Source: Candidatus Latescibacterota bacterium (GTDB taxonomy: Bacteria; Latescibacterota; UBA2968). Taken from it: DNA of 20,641 bases. The position numbers were made by a program, and so were the translations under genes. The notes beneath the pieces were generated by a model that was given only the letters and a program-made list of their open reading frames with translations, was not told where the DNA came from and ran no database searches. The stretch spans positions 1 to 20,641 of the forward strand of contig JAYODI010000086.1 of the NCBI GenBank assembly GCA_038279365.1, written 5' to 3'. Shown piece after piece: positions 16,977 through 20,641 of this stretch (position 1 is its first letter; each line of letters starts with the position of its first letter).

Positions 16977-18104
16977 TCATTTTTTCTTAACGTAGTTTAA
17001 TATGCCTTGAAAGATGCGGTCGGCATCTTCTTCTCGGCGGTTGTGAAAACGAAGTGCCCAGGCTTCTCCTTGGTCGTGAACGTTGCGAATTTCGACCAAG
17101 ATTTCGGCGTGGGCCGTGTTGTTTCTGAGCACAGCTAAATTGCGCCCGCCTATTTGAGATGCCAATCCTGGGTGGTCCAATGTTTTTTGCATGACTTGGG
17201 CAAAGGCGCGAGATCGGGTGTCTATTTTGCCTTTTCGATCTTGATAGAGTACAAGTGGTCCTTTGGGGCGGTTTGGACTGTTGTCGGCATGAATGGAGAT
17301 AAAGAGGGTTTTGTCTTTGCGTGCGCCCTTGAAAAATCGGTTGGCAATACGCGCACGTTGGTTGATATTGGCTAATGCGGGGCGCACAGAAAAAGAATTT
17401 TTGCGATTTGTTGTTTCATCGTTATACACTTCATTTTGTTCATGTACAAAGGTAATGGTGGCCCGTAAGTTTTCACGAATGTGATGGTTGGGACTGATGA
17501 CCGTCAATTCGACTTTTGCGCCTTCCATTTTGAGTTTTTTGTATAGGCGCATGGCAATGTCGTAGACATACTCGTCTTCTACGACATGAACAGCACGGTC
17601 TATGCCGTCTTTGTTGGAAACAATGGCACCTGGGTCACGTCCTCCATGACCTGGGTCGATGACGATGCGCCATCCATTGAGCAATTGAGATTTGTGTTTA
17701 TATGTGCGCAGTTCGGCATCTATGGTTGCGTCAAAGGCTTTTAGGAGTGCGATGGCATTTTGATAGTCTTCAATGGGTTTGTTTTGGGGCGCTTCACGAT
17801 AATTGCGGGATTCTTGCACGTCGGCTTTGGGTTTGGAAAAAAAATAGGGGCCATTTGTTGCTGGGTATTCGGGCATTTTAACGTGGATGTGTAGTTTTTG
17901 CCCCTGATAGATGCGGTTGGAGCGCAGATTGTTCAATTTTTTGAGTTCTTCGAGGCTGATGTCAAATTTTTTGGCAATTTCCCAGAGTGAGTCGCCTTTT
18001 TGCACCACATAAATTTGGGTGAGGGCAGATACATGTGTGGATAAGACAAAAAATAAACACAGGCTTAATGAGAGAATATGTCGGAATACAAGAAATAAGC
18101 GCAT
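16977..18104 (-). CDS. LysM-domain N-acetylmuramoyl-L-alanine amidase (Amidase_3)
   Basis: Signal peptide from ATG 18104, LysM YVVQKGDSLWEIAKKF...LKKLNNL..IYQGQKL, zinc ligands IVIDPGHGG, EDE, FISIHAD, ILVE. Confidence 0.92.
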   Translation of the reverse strand: MRLFLVFRHILSLSLCLFFVLSTHVSALTQIYVVQKGDSLWEIAKKFDISLEELKKLNNLRSNRIYQGQKLHIHVKMPEYPATNGPYFFSKPKADVQESRNYREAPQNKPIEDYQNAIALLKAFDATIDAELRTYKHKSQLLNGWRIVIDPGHGGRDPGAIVSNKDGIDRAVHVVEDEYVYDIAMRLYKKLKMEGAKVELTVISPNHHIRENLRATITFVHEQNEVYNDETTNRKNSFSVRPALANINQRARIANRFFKGARKDKTLFISIHADNSPNRPKGPLVLYQDRKGKIDTRSRAFAQVMQKTLDHPGLASQIGGRNLAVLRNNTAHAEILVEIRNVHDQGEAWALRFHNRREEDADRIFQGILNYVKKK

Positions 18105-18356
18105 AAATAAAACGGAACCTGCTTTGGATGATGGCGATATGATGGCATGGGCTAAATGATGAGGGGACAACAAATAATAGACGTTTTGGTGGGATAAGAC
18201 AAGGGTGGTTCAACAGAACGGTTTTTTGGAAAACGGTTTTAAAATTTAAGGATCGCCTGTGGATGGTTTTATTTTATGATCTGTGGTTTGATTTAGGGAT
18301 GAGAATGATGCAATGGGGTGTATGCAGAATCGCCAAAGATATATTTGGTGTATATC

Positions 18357-18394
18357 ATGGCTATATGCACCATTGAGTTGGTGTTTTTTACCAA
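18357..18394. promoter_or_regulatory. Paired 17-bp enhancer (UAS)-like palindromes for a sigma54 activator (PspF-like)
   Basis: ATGGCTATATGCACCAT (18357-18373) and TTGGTGTTTTTTACCAA (18378-18394), 21 bp apart, followed by an AT-rich IHF-like tract before the sigma54 site. Confidence 0.6.
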
Positions 18395-18481
18395 CATCTG
18401 TTTTTAAATAAATATATTTTTAATTGTTGTAAGTTGTTAAAAAATAAAAAGTAACGATTTTTATTTTTTGCTGGGTATAAG

Positions 18482-18496
18482 TGGCACGCACATTGC
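18482..18496 (+). promoter_or_regulatory. sigma54 (-24/-12) promoter of the pspA operon
   Basis: TGGCACG-CACA-TTGC, exact match to TGGCACG-N4-TTGC. Confidence 0.9.
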
Positions 18497-18569
18497 CTTA
18501 TACAGAGGCGTCCACAACATGGTTATTAAAAAACAAAATAGACGGTTGTTTAACTGAAAGGAGCATCCT

Positions 18570-19247
18570 ATGGCACGCGGAATTTTTGCACGGATGGCGG
18601 ATATCGTGAAGGCCAATGTGAATGATTTGATTACACGCGCAGAAGACCCCGAAAAGATGATTCGCCAGATGATTTTGGAGATGGAAGAAGCTGTAAACAA
18701 AGCAACGGCATCGGTGGGAACGGCCGTGGCCAATGAAAAGCGTTTGGAACGTCAATATTTTGAAAAACAAGATCAAACCGAGGGCTGGCAGAAAAAAGCC
18801 GAATTGGCCGTTGAGGCGGGTGAAGATGATTTGGCCCGTCGCGCACTGGAACGCAAGGCTGCAGTGCAAGAGGCCGCTCGTGATTTGGAAGCGGCTTTGG
18901 AAGAAAGTCGAAAAACCTCGACCCAACTCAAACAACAATTGTCTCAGTTGAAGGCCAAGCTTGATGAAGCACGCACCCGTCAAGGCGCATTGGTGGCGCG
19001 TCGTCGGGCTGCAGAAGCACGCAAACAGATCGCACAGGGGTTGTCGGGTGTGGGCAATGATGCATTTTCAAGTTTTGATCGTTTTCGTTCACGCATCGAA
19101 TCGGAAGAAGCAGAAGCCGATGCCCATCAGGCGATGGCGGGTGCAGATCCTTCATTGGAAGAACAGTTTTCTAAGCTGGCACGCAAGGGTTCGGTGGAAG
19201 ATGAATTACAAGCACTGAAAAACAAACTGGGACAAAACAATGCGTGA
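18570..19247 (+). CDS. pspA: Phage shock protein A (PspA/IM30, ESCRT-III superfamily)
   Basis: GIFARMADIVKANVNDLITRAEDPEKMIRQMILEM, EDDLARRAL, VEDELQALKNKL; AAGGAG RBS. Confidence 0.96.
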   Translation: MARGIFARMADIVKANVNDLITRAEDPEKMIRQMILEMEEAVNKATASVGTAVANEKRLERQYFEKQDQTEGWQKKAELAVEAGEDDLARRALERKAAVQEAARDLEAALEESRKTSTQLKQQLSQLKAKLDEARTRQGALVARRRAAEARKQIAQGLSGVGNDAFSSFDRFRSRIESEEAEADAHQAMAGADPSLEEQFSKLARKGSVEDELQALKNKLGQNNA

Positions 19248-19884
19248 ATTTGAAAAACTCGCCGACGAAATTGCCCGCAAGATTGATCGGGCAGTGAATG
19301 AGATAGAAAACAAGGTTAAGAATAAAGTTAAGATTCAGTGGGAATCTCGAAACCATTATTCAAAAGATGATTTTCGCTCGACAACCGACTCTCTTAAACG
19401 TGTGCCTGACCGCCTTTCTGACTTTGCAACCGATGGAGGATGTGCAATGCGTTATTTAATGGCCTATGGGATGAAAGGTTTTGGCCTCATGATGGGGTTG
19501 GGGGGATTGATTGCGGCCAGTGTGGGCGCGGTTGAGCAAAATTTAGAACCCGTGAGTGTGGGACTGAGTCTGTTGGTGTTTTCACAAATTTTGTGGTGGG
19601 GTGGCAGTCGGTTTAAAAAGTCTGCTGATGGACGTGCTTATGCCAGAGATCAACATCGCGTTTTGCGGTTGGCACGAGATCGAGATGGTAGTTTAACTGT
19701 GCTTGAAGTGGCCACAGACCTTCGGTTAACAGTGGAAAAATCTGAAGAAATTTTGCGAGAGCTTGCAGCAAGAGGCCATGCAGAGATGCGTATTTCAGAA
19801 TCGGGCATGATTGTGTATTCTTTCCCAGAAATTGAGCGGTGGGAAGAACGCCATTGGGCAAAACGCGTAGATGATTTGATATAA
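19240..19884 (+). CDS. Hypothetical 2-TM membrane protein with C-terminal winged-helix-like domain
   Basis: 8-bp overlap with pspA; two hydrophobic segments; VLRLARDRDGSLTVLEVATDLRLTVEKSEEILRELAARG...G.IVYSFP. Alternative start ATG 19447 after GGAGG. Confidence 0.8.
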   Translation: MREFEKLADEIARKIDRAVNEIENKVKNKVKIQWESRNHYSKDDFRSTTDSLKRVPDRLSDFATDGGCAMRYLMAYGMKGFGLMMGLGGLIAASVGAVEQNLEPVSVGLSLLVFSQILWWGGSRFKKSADGRAYARDQHRVLRLARDRDGSLTVLEVATDLRLTVEKSEEILRELAARGHAEMRISESGMIVYSFPEIERWEERHWAKRVDDLI

Positions 19885-19915
19885 AAGACTTGAGGCCATT
19901 CGGGAGGGTGCTTTC

Positions 19916-20122
19916 ATGGGTTTTATGATTGAAGTGGGCATTATGATTGCCCTGATTACACTGGCTTCGGCGGTTCATAAATATGTAGAACGACGCAGTA
20001 AAGGCAGTGTGCCATCGGATGCTGAAACACGGTTGCTTGCACGGATGGATGAGCTGGATCGACGCCTGACAGATATTCAGGACGTGATGATTACGATAGA
20101 TGATAAGTTGGATCGGAAATAA
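19916..20122 (+). CDS. Small single-TM coiled-coil protein, PspB-like (copy 1)
   Basis: GGGAGG RBS, N-terminal TM, C-terminal MDELDRRLTDIQDVMITIDDKL. Confidence 0.75.
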   Translation: MGFMIEVGIMIALITLASAVHKYVERRSKGSVPSDAETRLLARMDELDRRLTDIQDVMITIDDKLDRK

Positions 20123-20136
20123 GGGAGGGTGTTTAC

Positions 20137-20391
20137 ATGGAAGATGTTATTGCTGTCTTAGGATTTAGTTTGGTGATGGTTATTTTGGCCTCTGGATGTT
20201 GTTTTTATATTGTTCAGCGTGCAAAAGCCAAAGGGAATATGAGTTCTGCACAAATTAATCAGTTTGAAGATCGTATTCAAACGATTGAATCACGCCTAAG
20301 CGATATACAGGATATTGTCATTTCTATTGATGACCAGTTGAAACGCCCTTCCCAAAATGTGACTACGCCTACCGCTCGTGAGCTTTCCTAA
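20137..20391 (+). CDS. Small single-TM coiled-coil protein, PspB-like (copy 2)
   Basis: GGGAGG RBS, N-terminal TM, C-terminal IQTIESRLSDIQDIVISIDDQL. Confidence 0.78.
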   Translation: MEDVIAVLGFSLVMVILASGCCFYIVQRAKAKGNMSSAQINQFEDRIQTIESRLSDIQDIVISIDDQLKRPSQNVTTPTARELS

Positions 20392-20398
20392 GGATTTG

Positions 20399-20641
20399 AT
20401 GATGACATTCTCCCGAAATATTTTTGCAACCTTACTTCTTGTGTTTACTGCCTGTAATGCTTTTGCCGATCAATATCAGGGTTTACAACTTTCAACACGG
20501 GATATATCCACACTTGCAGCTTTGAAGGTGACGCCAGAATATGTGCAAGAGATGCGTGCATATTTTCCCAATATATCGGCGAAGGATATTACGAGTTTAT
20601 ATGCATTAAAGGTGACGCCTGAGTATTTAAAAGAGATGCGT
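20399..20641 (+). CDS. Exported protein with 28-aa helical repeats (partial, runs off the window)
   Basis: Not in the ORF track. MMTFSRNIFATLLLVFTACNAFA-DQYQGLQLSTRDISTLAALKVTPEYVQEMRAYFPNISAKDITSLYALKVTPEYLKEMR; AAGGA RBS; open to the window end. Confidence 0.85.
   Translation, partial: MMTFSRNIFATLLLVFTACNAFADQYQGLQLSTRDISTLAALKVTPEYVQEMRAYFPNISAKDITSLYALKVTPEYLKEMR

Noticed and set aside
627-19978. Numerous antisense or alternate-frame ORFs in the track (e.g. 1023-1496, 5972-6304, 14468-14947, 18498-18983, 19613-19978)
   Set aside because: They overlap well-supported genes, have no recognisable motifs, and are expected shadows given the codon bias.

Overview
Ordinary-looking chromosomal segment of a bacterium (probably diderm and environmental; taxon cannot be fixed from this window). 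It has about 20 genes and no rRNA, tRNA, CRISPR or transposase that I can see. Housekeeping and metabolic genes: Cys-type sulfatase, 4-domain S1 protein, arfB, a long coiled-coil protein, PL14-like lyase, thiL, His6-type hisA, M29 aminopeptidase, ParA-family ATPase, MOSC protein, copA and a LysM-amidase. Two stress/signalling modules stand out. (1) A translationally coupled operon of ECF sigma, membrane anti-sigma-like protein and a secreted caspase-family (C14) protease with surface repeats. Protease and anti-sigma share a TRxKG motif, and the protease's real N-terminus is hidden behind an in-frame TAA that the ORF track missed. (2) A sigma54-driven, non-canonical Psp operon: pspA, a membrane winged-helix protein, two duplicated PspB-like proteins and an exported repeat protein, with no pspC or pspF visible. 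parA also has an in-frame TAG just after its Walker A motif. Four gene 3' ends carry 7-8-nt tandem repeat arrays ending in TCAAAA(A)C. One pair forms a long hairpin, and another array supplies the copA stop codon and sits next to a cluster of cGNAg mini-hairpins.
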